Source of the DNA: Nanobdellota archaeon
GTDB lineage: Archaea; Nanobdellota; Nanobdellia; Nanobdellales; Nanobdellaceae
Length of the DNA: 32,000 nucleotides
Assembly: GCA_042850255.1 (NCBI GenBank)
Contig: AP031373.1
Location: 90,001-122,000, forward strand
Reading direction: 5' to 3'
Positions 15,712 through 24,463 of this stretch are shown in pieces; position 1 is the first letter of the stretch; each line of letters begins with the position of its first letter. Made by a program: the position numbers and the translations under genes. Below the pieces are notes generated by a model, which did not search any database, was not told the DNA's origin, and saw nothing but the letters and a program-made list of their open reading frames with translations.

Positions 15712-18255
15712 ATGTGGCATTCATTAGATATAAATGAGGTACTATTAAGATTAAATACTTCTATTAATGGTTTATCTGATGAAGAAGCAAAAAAAAGACT
15801 AAGAATATATGGTAAAAACGTATTAAAAATAAAAGAAAAAAATATTTTAGAAGAAATTTTTGAATATATAAAAAATCCTTTTTTATTATTGTTTCTATTT
15901 GCAGATATATTATCCTTTTTATTTCAAGGAATAATAGAAGGTTTTTTTATTTCAATGTTCCTAATAATATATATATTATTTGATACTTTGCACGATAGAA
16001 AATCTGAAAAGATAATAAGATCTCTGGAAGAAAATATAGAAAAAAATGTATTGGTCATTAGAGATAAAAAATATAAATATATAAAAGCTTCTGAACTTGT
16101 ACCTGGGGATATAGTAATATTAAGATATGGAGAAAGAGTACCTGCAGATATTAGGATAATTTATTCTATAGATTTAGAGGTAGATGAAAGTTCTCTTACC
16201 GGAGAATCAAATCCAGTTAGAAAAATATCGGAGAAGTTACCTAAAGATATACCAATAAAAGAAAGAAAGAATATGTTATTCCAAAACACATATATAATAA
16301 AAGGATTAGCTATAGGTGTAGTAGTAGAAACTGGAAATAATACATATTATGGAAAATTATATAAAGTTATAGAAAAAGAAAATAAACAAGAAACATTATT
16401 ACAGTCAGAATTAAATAAATTTTCTAGATATATGATAATAATTCTAACAGTAATGATTTTAATTTCTTCTTTAATAATATACATAAAGCACGAATTATTA
16501 ATATATCAGTTAATAATATTTATAATTGCATTAGCAATTGTTATAATACCAGAAGGATTACCAACAGCATTGACATTAATATATAATTTAAGCATAGATA
16601 AATTAGAAAAAAAGAATATATATATAAAAAATCCAAATTTAATGGAGGATATAGGAAATATAGACACTGTAATATTTGATAAAACTGGCACATTAACTTA
16701 TAATAAACCGATTATAAAAGGCTTTTTTTATAGTGGAAAGATATTTAATATAAAATATAAAAATGAGAGAGCAATAATATTAAAAAATAATGATAATATA
16801 GAAGAATTTTTAATATTATTATTTAATTCTATTGAAGATTATTATACATTAGATATAGAAAAAAATGTTGGAGATCCTATAAATTTATCAATTTATAGAT
16901 TATTCAAATCAATGAATTTTAATAGATTATTGAACAAACTTTCCATAAATTATTTTGACCCATTTAGAAAAAGATCTTCAGTAATAGTAGAATATAATGA
17001 AAAAAAATATAGTATTGTAAAAGGATCTTTTGATTCTGTATTATCTATATCAAAATATATAAGAATAAACAATAAAAACGAAAAGATAGATAAATATAAA
17101 GAAAAAATAAAAAAAATAGCAAGAAAATATAGTAAAAAAGGATTTAAAATAGTGGCATTAGGAGTAAAGGAATTAAATAAAGATGATAATCCAGAAAAAG
17201 ATATAACATTTCTAGGATTGATATTTATAAAAGATAAAATAAGAAAGGGAGTAAAAGAATATATAAAGTTTTTAGAATACCTAGGTATAGAAGTATATAT
17301 AATAACAGGAGATAGTTATGAAAATACAAAAAATATCCTAAAATCCTTAAATTTAAATTATAAGGTTATAGATTCTAACAAGATAAAAAAATTTAATGAT
17401 TCTGAGATATACAAGATATTAAAAAAATACAAGGTAATAGTAAATGCAGATCCATATGATAAATATAGGATAATAAATATATTAAAAAAGAAAGGAAGAA
17501 AAATATTATTTATAGGAGACGGGGCAAATGATGCTATTGCATTAAAATCTTCAAATATAGGAATAACATTTTATAATGCTTCTGACATAGCAAAAGACTC
17601 TGCTAATGTAATTATTATGGAAGATGGATTAAAATCTATAATAGAATTGATAAAAGAAGGAAAAAGGATAATTTATAATCTAAAAGTTTATATAACAGTT
17701 ATATTATCAGAATTAATTGGAATATTTATTTTTATATCGATAGGATTCGTTATATATAATTCTATATTTCTACAATCTTTACAATTACTATTACTAAATT
17801 TAGTAATAGAAACCATAAATTCTTTATTTATAAATTCTTCAGATATAAAAGATAAAAAACTACTAAAAGAAAAGAAAATAAGAATTTTCAACAAAAATAC
17901 AATATATGATATAATTAGGAATTCTATTTTTATAGGGATTTCTTCAGTTATAGTAGCTTTAGCCTCTTTTGACAATAGTTATATAATAATGTTATTTTTA
18001 ATAGCAACTCAAGGAATTTTATATATGCATTATGAAAAAATATTTAATTTAAATATAACTGAAACTAGAGAATATTATGTATCCTTATTTATTTCTGTAT
18101 TAATAACATCAATATTCCTATTACCATATTTAAGGAAAGTTATAGAATTTATTGTACCATCTTTGCTGGATATTTTAATATTTGTAATAGTTAGTATATA
18201 TTTCTATGGAATATATATAATACTAGAAAAATTTGAAAATGTCAGAGGTATCTGA
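15712..18255 (+). CDS. Cation-transporting P-type ATPase (P2-like; ion specificity not determinable)
   Basis: 847-aa ORF. Has an N-terminal cation-ATPase-N pattern (GLSDEEAKKRLRIYGKNVL), SLTGES, IPEGLPTAL (TM4), phosphorylation site FDKTGTLT, ITGDS and GDGANDAIALK, plus C-terminal TM helices. Confidence 0.85.
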   Translation: MWHSLDINEVLLRLNTSINGLSDEEAKKRLRIYGKNVLKIKEKNILEEIFEYIKNPFLLLFLFADILSFLFQGIIEGFFISMFLIIYILFDTLHDRKSEKIIRSLEENIEKNVLVIRDKKYKYIKASELVPGDIVILRYGERVPADIRIIYSIDLEVDESSLTGESNPVRKISEKLPKDIPIKERKNMLFQNTYIIKGLAIGVVVETGNNTYYGKLYKVIEKENKQETLLQSELNKFSRYMIIILTVMILISSLIIYIKHELLIYQLIIFIIALAIVIIPEGLPTALTLIYNLSIDKLEKKNIYIKNPNLMEDIGNIDTVIFDKTGTLTYNKPIIKGFFYSGKIFNIKYKNERAIILKNNDNIEEFLILLFNSIEDYYTLDIEKNVGDPINLSIYRLFKSMNFNRLLNKLSINYFDPFRKRSSVIVEYNEKKYSIVKGSFDSVLSISKYIRINNKNEKIDKYKEKIKKIARKYSKKGFKIVALGVKELNKDDNPEKDITFLGLIFIKDKIRKGVKEYIKFLEYLGIEVYIITGDSYENTKNILKSLNLNYKVIDSNKIKKFNDSEIYKILKKYKVIVNADPYDKYRIINILKKKGRKILFIGDGANDAIALKSSNIGITFYNASDIAKDSANVIIMEDGLKSIIELIKEGKRIIYNLKVYITVILSELIGIFIFISIGFVIYNSIFLQSLQLLLLNLVIETINSLFINSSDIKDKKLLKEKKIRIFNKNTIYDIIRNSIFIGISSVIVALASFDNSYIIMLFLIATQGILYMHYEKIFNLNITETREYYVSLFISVLITSIFLLPYLRKVIEFIVPSLLDILIFVIVSIYFYGIYIILEKFENVRGI

Positions 18256-18294
18256 ACTTCATCATATTTCAGCTAACTCTGACCTTCATCACAT
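18240..18294 (-). ncRNA. C/D box sRNA (2'-O-methylation guide), antisense to the 3' end of the P-type ATPase gene
   Basis: Minus strand read directly. C box GUGAUGA 18292..18286; 13-nt guide AGGUCAGAGUUAG 18285..18273; D' CUGA 18272..18269; spacer AAU; C' AUGAUGA 18265..18259; 13-nt guide AGUUCAGAUACCU 18258..18246; D CUGA 18245..18242. A TATA-like ATTTATATAT lies about 20-30 nt upstream on the minus strand (18311..18320). Confidence 0.65.
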
Positions 18295-18325
18295 TTTTAA
18301 TATCTTTTTATGATATATAAATTTT

Positions 18326-19456
18326 ATGAATTTGACCAAAATATCTTTTATCTTTCCAATATATAAAGAAAGTAAATATGTTGAAGAAAATATTAAAAAA
18401 ATATTAGATGATCCTTATCCAAATAATTTAAAAGAAATAATTTTAACTGTTGACGTTCCAAAAGAGGATTTTCTAAATAAATTAAAAGAAATAAAAGAAA
18501 AGTATAAAGAAAATATTAAAATAGTTATATCAAAAGAAAGAAGAGGGAAAGTATCTGCCACAAATGATGCAGTTAAATACTCAACAGGAAATGTATTAAT
18601 TTTTTTAGATTCTGATGTTATTATTGAATATATAAATTTAGAAAAAATTGTAGAGGAAATATATGAATACGATTTAGTAGAATTTTATAAAGAAGTTATA
18701 CCAAAGGGATGGATAGGAAAAATGTTACATATAGAATATTCTGTTTATTATGATGTAGCTTTAAAGATATTAAATAAAAAACATAGGACAATAGTAACAA
18801 ATGGTGCAGGATTTGGAGTTAAAAGAGAAATATGGGAAAAAGTAAATGGATATACTAGGGTATATGCTGAAGATGTAGATTTTGTATTCAAAGCACAAGA
18901 AAATGGTAGTAAATATTATATGTCTAAAAATATAAGAATAAAAATTGAACCTTTAGAAAAATTTAGAAGTTTAATAGATCAAAAGAAAAGATGGACATTT
19001 GGTGCTTTAGAAGTTTTGGTTAATCATTTAAATTTTGTAATAAAATTTGCTATTAATGAACCTTTAGAAGTTATATCAATAATATTATTACTTTGGTTGC
19101 CATATATAATTTGGTTATATGTATATATATTTATACCAGCTGCTTTTCTATATAATTTATCTATACAATTATACGAAACTTTATCTACAAATGTCAGTAT
19201 AATATATTTACTAATTTTAAAACCTATATCTATATATAATTTTCTTTATGGACTTTATCTAACATTAGCATATATACTAATTACATCTATTTATATATAT
19301 TTACTTATTTCTATATCTAAGAAAAGACTATACAATCCATTATATTTCTTTTTATTTTCAATAGTATATATTCCTGTATATGAAATAATTTTTATTTATG
19401 TCTTCCTATATTATGTTATATTCGAAAGAGCTCCAAGAATGAACTGGAAAGTATGA
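18326..19456 (+). CDS. Family 2 glycosyltransferase with QxxRW motif and a C-terminal multi-TM region (synthase-type, membrane-embedded)
   Basis: 376-aa ORF. Contains ISFIFPIYKES, IFLDSDV (DxD), YAEDVDFVFK (ED) and DQKKRWTFG (QxxRW). About 120 aa of hydrophobic helices follow. Confidence 0.7.
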   Translation: MNLTKISFIFPIYKESKYVEENIKKILDDPYPNNLKEIILTVDVPKEDFLNKLKEIKEKYKENIKIVISKERRGKVSATNDAVKYSTGNVLIFLDSDVIIEYINLEKIVEEIYEYDLVEFYKEVIPKGWIGKMLHIEYSVYYDVALKILNKKHRTIVTNGAGFGVKREIWEKVNGYTRVYAEDVDFVFKAQENGSKYYMSKNIRIKIEPLEKFRSLIDQKKRWTFGALEVLVNHLNFVIKFAINEPLEVISIILLLWLPYIIWLYVYIFIPAAFLYNLSIQLYETLSTNVSIIYLLILKPISIYNFLYGLYLTLAYILITSIYIYLLISISKKRLYNPLYFFLFSIVYIPVYEIIFIYVFLYYVIFERAPRMNWKV

Positions 19457-20433
19457 TGAAAATATCAATATTAGGTACCTCATCCTCATTGCCTACTAAA
19501 GAAAGAAATCACCCTGGAATATTTCTGAAATTTAAAGATAGTGGAATCTTGTTTGATTGCGGAGAAAATGTACAAAGACAATTAAGGATTATGGATATAT
19601 CACCAACAGATATAAATTATATTTTGATAACTCATTGGCATGGAGATCATATATTAGGATTACCTGGAATATTGTTTAGCTTATCAAATTTTGGATATAA
19701 TAAAGAATTAAACATAATTATTCCAGAAGAAAATATAGATAATCTAAAAGAAATAATTGAAGGATTTAATATACCAATAAATTTTAATATAAATATAATA
19801 AAAGCAAAGAATGGATTAATAGTTGATGAAAAGAATTTTCAAATATATGGAATAGAAACAAAACATTCTGTTAAATCTTTTTCTTATTATTTTATAGAAA
19901 AACCATATATAAAATTGGATAAAGAACTCCTAGACAAATATAATATAAAAAATAAAGAAATAATAAAAAAATTAAAAGAAGGAGAAAAAGTAAATATAAA
20001 TGGAAAAATTATATCTTATAATGATGTCGGATATTTAAAAAAAGGTTTAAAAATAACTTATATAACAGATACAATATTTTTTGATAAATTAATAGAATTT
20101 GCAAAGGATAGTACTATATTAATATCAGAATCTACATATTTCTTTCAAGCTGATCTAGCAAAGAAAAATATGCATATGGATTTTTTAGAAGCTAGAGAGA
20201 TATTTAAAAGAAGCAATAGTAAGATTTTACTTTTAACTCACTTTAGTCAAAGATACGAAAAAGAAATGAATAATATAAAAAAAGATATAGAAAGTAAAAA
20301 TGAAAATATATATATCTTAGATGATTATGATGAGATAATAATGCAAAAAAATATTTTAGAATTAAGGTTATCTAATAGAGTAATAAGATATAAATATGAT
20401 GAAAAAACAGGAAATTTATCAATACTCCAATAA
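19453..20433 (+). CDS. rnz: Ribonuclease Z (tRNA 3' endonuclease, metallo-beta-lactamase fold)
   Basis: 326-aa ORF. Contains NHPGIFL, FDCGENVQRQL, ILITHWHGDHILGLPGIL (HxHxDH), TKHSV and LTHFSQRY. Its start overlaps the GT2 stop as ATGA. Confidence 0.8.
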   Translation: MMKISILGTSSSLPTKERNHPGIFLKFKDSGILFDCGENVQRQLRIMDISPTDINYILITHWHGDHILGLPGILFSLSNFGYNKELNIIIPEENIDNLKEIIEGFNIPINFNINIIKAKNGLIVDEKNFQIYGIETKHSVKSFSYYFIEKPYIKLDKELLDKYNIKNKEIIKKLKEGEKVNINGKIISYNDVGYLKKGLKITYITDTIFFDKLIEFAKDSTILISESTYFFQADLAKKNMHMDFLEAREIFKRSNSKILLLTHFSQRYEKEMNNIKKDIESKNENIYILDDYDEIIMQKNILELRLSNRVIRYKYDEKTGNLSILQ

Positions 20434-20859
20434 TTTTTTAAGTTCTTCTTTTAAATCTTCTAATTCTTTAGTTATTTCATCTAACTCTTCTTTTACATTT
20501 TGATTTTTTTCTTGTTTTTCTTCATTATCTTCTCTTTTAGTTTTTCTTCTTTTCTTTTTTTCATCTACTTCTTCAATTATTTCTATCTCCGTTGGTTTTT
20601 CTTTTTCAATATCTACCTCTTTTAATATATCTTTTATATCTTCAATTTCTGGCATATCTTTTAATAGTATATCTACTATTTTCTTCATTTCATCTAGTCT
20701 TTTTTCTATTTCTTCTAATTTTTTTACTTTTATATCGTGAGTTTTTATTTCTTCTAATACTTTATATAATGTTAAATAGATATTCTTTTTGCTTTCCTTT
20801 AGTTCCCTAGCTATATTTATATTAGATCTTATTTCAATATATAGTTCTTTTCCCGCCAT
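20419..20859 (-). CDS. Glu/Lys-rich coiled-coil protein, unknown function
   Basis: 146-aa ORF. It is a charged heptad-like sequence throughout, with a KKKRRKTKRE basic patch. The ATG lies 4 nt after the tRNA-Gly 3' end on the same strand. Its 3' end overlaps rnz by 15 nt. Confidence 0.5.
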   Translation of the reverse strand: MAGKELYIEIRSNINIARELKESKKNIYLTLYKVLEEIKTHDIKVKKLEEIEKRLDEMKKIVDILLKDMPEIEDIKDILKEVDIEKEKPTEIEIIEEVDEKKKRRKTKREDNEEKQEKNQNVKEELDEITKELEDLKEELKKLLEY

Positions 20860-20863
20860 TTTA

Positions 20864-20934
20864 TGCGCCGGCCGGGATTCGAACCCGGGTCATAGGCTAG
20901 GCAGGCCTACGTCCTTCCACTAGACTACCGGCGC
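20864..20934 (-). tRNA. tRNA-Gly (anticodon GCC)
   Basis: Minus strand: GCGCCGG-TA-GTCTAGTGGAAGGAC-G-TAGGC-CTGCCTA-GCCTA-TGAC-CCGGG-TTCGAAT-CCCGG-CCGGCGC-A. The cloverleaf is complete, with no intron and no encoded CCA. Confidence 0.95.
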
Positions 20935-20973
20935 TCTTTCTTTTTTCTATATTATAGTATTCCATTTTTAAAT

Positions 20974-21585
20974 TTACCTGAATATTTCTAATATATCATT
21001 TATGCTCTTTCTAGATCCTTCTAATTTTTCTTTTAGGTTCTTTAATTCTTCCAATTTCTTATTTTCATTTTCTTTTACTTCAGCCAACATTTTCTCTACT
21101 TCTGATAATTTATCTTTTAATTGTAACAATAATTCTCTAACTTTCTTATAATCTTCAACCTTTACCAATAATTCTTTTTTATTTTCTACTTCTTCTCTTA
21201 TTTTTTTCTTAGGTTTTTCTTCTATACTCCTTTTCTTAACTTCTGGAATTTTTTCTTGTTCTACTTTCTGTGAAACTGGAGGTGGTAAAGGTTGTTGAAA
21301 TGCTTGTTGACTAAATTGTTGCTGTGGAAATAATTGTTGTTGTTGAAATGCTGGTTGTTGATTAAAAAACTGCTGGCCTGCCCCAGTTTGTAATCCTCCA
21401 AATCCTTGTTGATTATTACCAAATAAATTGTTTAAATCATTAAAATTACTTTGATCTGTTGTTTGACCAAAATTATTATTTCCCCCAAATATATCGTTTC
21501 CACCAACTTGATTCTTTATATTATCTAAATCACTGAACATATCACTATCTCTTTTCTTTTTCCCCTTCAAGAAACCAAATGCCAT
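20974..21585 (-). CDS. Hypothetical protein: short hydrophobic/basic N-terminus, ~75-aa Q/N/G/F-rich low-complexity region, C-terminal charged coiled coil
   Basis: 203-aa ORF. Reads MAFGFLKGKKKR..., then DIFGGNNNFGQTTDQSNFNDLNNLFGNNQQGFGGLQTGAGQQFFNQQPAFQQQQLFPQQQFSQQAFQQPLPPP, then an E/K-rich helical region. It has its own TATA-like CTTTATATATA about 25-30 nt upstream of the ATG. Confidence 0.55.
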   Translation of the reverse strand: MAFGFLKGKKKRDSDMFSDLDNIKNQVGGNDIFGGNNNFGQTTDQSNFNDLNNLFGNNQQGFGGLQTGAGQQFFNQQPAFQQQQLFPQQQFSQQAFQQPLPPPVSQKVEQEKIPEVKKRSIEEKPKKKIREEVENKKELLVKVEDYKKVRELLLQLKDKLSEVEKMLAEVKENENKKLEELKNLKEKLEGSRKSINDILEIFR

Positions 21586-21622
21586 ATTATTATAAAAGTC
21601 TGCAATATATATAAAGTTTACA

Positions 21623-24412
21623 CTATAAAAATATTATAGCTGGTTTATATGGAATAGCCCTATTTTTCTTATCTTCTTTAGATTCTTCTTCTCTTTCTAT
21701 AATAACATCTTCTAATTTAAATTCTGATTTTAAGAAGTCTATAGAACTATATATTATATTATATTCAGTATCTTGGTCCATGATTTTATCTAATATATAA
21801 GAATTTCTAACTACAAAATTTATCATATTTTTATATTGTGGATATTTTGAAATATATTCGTTTATTTTATCTTTATTATTTTTTATATCATTTAATAATT
21901 CGTATTTTTCTTTACTAGCAATTATTATTTTTATTTTCTTTACATCTTTATTATTTAATAATATTTTTACTTTTATTATATCATCTCTAAGATTTTTAAT
22001 ATATTCTTCATATTTTTCGAATTCTTCTGTATATTCTTCTTCTGGATATTTTACATTGAAAGGATCTAAACCAATAGTTTCCAATAATTCTGAAATTATA
22101 TGAGGAACTATTGGATATAAAGCAATAGCTTTATATTCTATAAATTTATTTATTAATTCTTTATTTGGATTATTTAAAGTCCTCCTTATATACCATTCAT
22201 ATGAATTATCCAATTCATATATCTTATTTACTACATTCATATAATTTAAATTTTCATATTCTATACTTATTTCTTTCATTATTTTATTTATTCTATTTTT
22301 AAACCATTTATCTAAGTTATTTTCTTCTCTTTCTTCTCCATATTTGTTATATTTATCTACTGAAAATTTATAAAAATCATATAAATATTTTTCTATTGTT
22401 GATATTCTACTAAAATCTATTTTTACATCATCATATGAAGAATTAGATAATGAAGCTATTAAGAATCTTACTGTATCTACTGGATATTTTTCTGTAGCTT
22501 CTTTTAATGATATATAATTACCTAAAGATTTTGACATCTTCCTTCCCTGAGCATCTACAGTATATCCGTTTATACTAATTCCTCTAGGCCAATATTTTTT
22601 ATCAAATATTGCTACATGATGAAATATAAAGAAAGTTAAATGATTTGGAATTAAATCTTTTCCAGAGTTTCTTAAATCTAATGGATACCAATATTCAAAT
22701 TCTTTTTTCATTTCTTTTACTATTTCTCCATATTTTTTAACTAGTTCTTCTTCATTTCCTATATTTAAGAATATATAATCAAATAAATCATCTTCAATTT
22801 TATTTGGATCTATATTTTTTATCAAATGAGCAATTGTATAGAATGCCATATAAATTGTAGAATCTGATAATGATTCAATTATCCAATCTTTATCCCATGG
22901 TAATGGAGTTCCCAATATATTTTTATGAGTACATGCCCAGTCTTTTAACCAATCAATTTTATCATGAAAATCTTTTCTAGCAATTTCCGGATAAAATTTC
23001 ATATTATCTACACATTCATGTGCCAATTTCTTCCATTCAGGATCTGAATATTTTAGGAACCATTGATCTTTTATTATTTTTACTATACATTTATTCCCGT
23101 ATCTAGATGTAAATCTTATTGGTAATGTATAATGCAATAATGAAATATTATTTTTTACTAATTCGCTTGCAAATTCTTCTTTTACTTCATATATCTTCTT
23201 TCCGGAGTATTTTCCATATATATCAGTTAATATACTATTGTAATATTCTTCTGAATAAATCTCTTGTGTTAATTCTTCTAACTTCTTATCTTTTTGATTT
23301 TTTATATTATTTTTTTCTACAATTTCTTTTGCTGGAAAATCTTTAAATTTATCATTTTTAAATAATAATTTCATATTTTTCAAGCATCTTTCCGCAATTT
23401 CTTTATATTCTGTTTTTAATAAGTCTACAAGTGCTATATAATCATAAGGAGCATGTGAAGGAACTGACATTACAATCCCTGTACCAATTTCAGGATCTAC
23501 AAAATCTGCAGGTAATATAGGAATCTTTTCTTCATTAATTGGATTAGTAACTTCTTTTAATATCAAATCTTTTATATCAATATCCTTTATTTTTTCTACA
23601 TCATGATTTTGGTTTTTTATTTCCTCTACTACAATAGTATCAGGTAATATCCAATATTCATTATCTACTTTATATATTGAATATTTCGCATTATTATTTA
23701 TCCATATATTTGTTACTCCATATATAGTTTCTGGTCTTAAAGTAAATGCTGGTAATATATATTCTCCAAATTTAAATTTAATTATATAACCCTCTACAGG
23801 CCCTATACCTGCATATTCATCTGGTCTATCATGATCACCTACAGGATTATTTATTTTTGGATCCCATGTAATAGGATGCTCTCCCTTAAATACCAATCCT
23901 TTATTATATAATTTTCTATATTGCCATTCTATAAATTTATTATACCAGGGATTTACTTTTGAAGTAGTAAATATTCTTCTCCAATCTATAGAAAATCCCA
24001 TTCTTTTCAATGTTTTTATTGCCAAATCTGCAAAATATAGAGCCCAACCTTCTGGAGTTCTTAATTTATCAAAATCTGATTCCGGAATTCCATCAGATAT
24101 TAAATCATTAATTATTTTTTTCTCTCCCTCATTTAATCTCATAACTTTAGAAACTATGGGAGAACCTGTTATGTGAAATCCCATCGGAAATAAAACATTA
24201 TAACCTTTCAATCTTTTATATCTAGCATAAAAGTCTATCCTGGAGAATGTTAAACCATGACCCATGTGTAATAATCCACTCATATATGGATAAGGAGCAG
24301 TGACAAAGACTTTTTGCTTTGAATTATCTGCATTACTTTCATATATCTTTTTTTCTTCCCATATCTTTTGCCATTTTTCTTCTATCTTTTTAAACTCTTC
24401 TTCAATTTCCAT
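21623..24412 (-). CDS. leuS: Leucyl-tRNA synthetase (archaeal/eukaryal type)
   Basis: 929-aa ORF. Contains APYPYMSGLLHMGH (HIGH), NVLFPMGFHITGSPI, a CP1 editing region and GRKMSKSLGN (KMSKS). Confidence 0.9.
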   Translation of the reverse strand: MEIEEEFKKIEEKWQKIWEEKKIYESNADNSKQKVFVTAPYPYMSGLLHMGHGLTFSRIDFYARYKRLKGYNVLFPMGFHITGSPIVSKVMRLNEGEKKIINDLISDGIPESDFDKLRTPEGWALYFADLAIKTLKRMGFSIDWRRIFTTSKVNPWYNKFIEWQYRKLYNKGLVFKGEHPITWDPKINNPVGDHDRPDEYAGIGPVEGYIIKFKFGEYILPAFTLRPETIYGVTNIWINNNAKYSIYKVDNEYWILPDTIVVEEIKNQNHDVEKIKDIDIKDLILKEVTNPINEEKIPILPADFVDPEIGTGIVMSVPSHAPYDYIALVDLLKTEYKEIAERCLKNMKLLFKNDKFKDFPAKEIVEKNNIKNQKDKKLEELTQEIYSEEYYNSILTDIYGKYSGKKIYEVKEEFASELVKNNISLLHYTLPIRFTSRYGNKCIVKIIKDQWFLKYSDPEWKKLAHECVDNMKFYPEIARKDFHDKIDWLKDWACTHKNILGTPLPWDKDWIIESLSDSTIYMAFYTIAHLIKNIDPNKIEDDLFDYIFLNIGNEEELVKKYGEIVKEMKKEFEYWYPLDLRNSGKDLIPNHLTFFIFHHVAIFDKKYWPRGISINGYTVDAQGRKMSKSLGNYISLKEATEKYPVDTVRFLIASLSNSSYDDVKIDFSRISTIEKYLYDFYKFSVDKYNKYGEEREENNLDKWFKNRINKIMKEISIEYENLNYMNVVNKIYELDNSYEWYIRRTLNNPNKELINKFIEYKAIALYPIVPHIISELLETIGLDPFNVKYPEEEYTEEFEKYEEYIKNLRDDIIKVKILLNNKDVKKIKIIIASKEKYELLNDIKNNKDKINEYISKYPQYKNMINFVVRNSYILDKIMDQDTEYNIIYSSIDFLKSEFKLEDVIIEREEESKEDKKNRAIPYKPAIIFL

Positions 24413-24432
24413 TACTATATAACATGTAAAAG

Positions 24433-24440
24433 ATTTAAAA
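24433..24440. promoter_or_regulatory. Near-palindromic TATA-like element placed to serve both divergent genes (leuS and rps3ae)
   Basis: ATTTAAAA lies at -31..-24 from the rps3ae ATG (24464). On the other strand it lies at -28..-21 from the leuS ATG (24412). The whole intergenic region is 51 bp. Confidence 0.4.
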
Positions 24441-24463
24441 GATATTTGTTAAGTAAATAAAAA

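Noticed and set aside
20419-21585. Idea that the two charged coiled-coil proteins flanking tRNA-Gly are ESCRT-III/CdvB- or SepF-like division proteins
   Set aside because: The idea rests only on a hydrophobic/basic N-terminus and helical charged regions. I can point to no family-specific motif. Coiled-coil composition alone is not evidence, so both are left as hypothetical.
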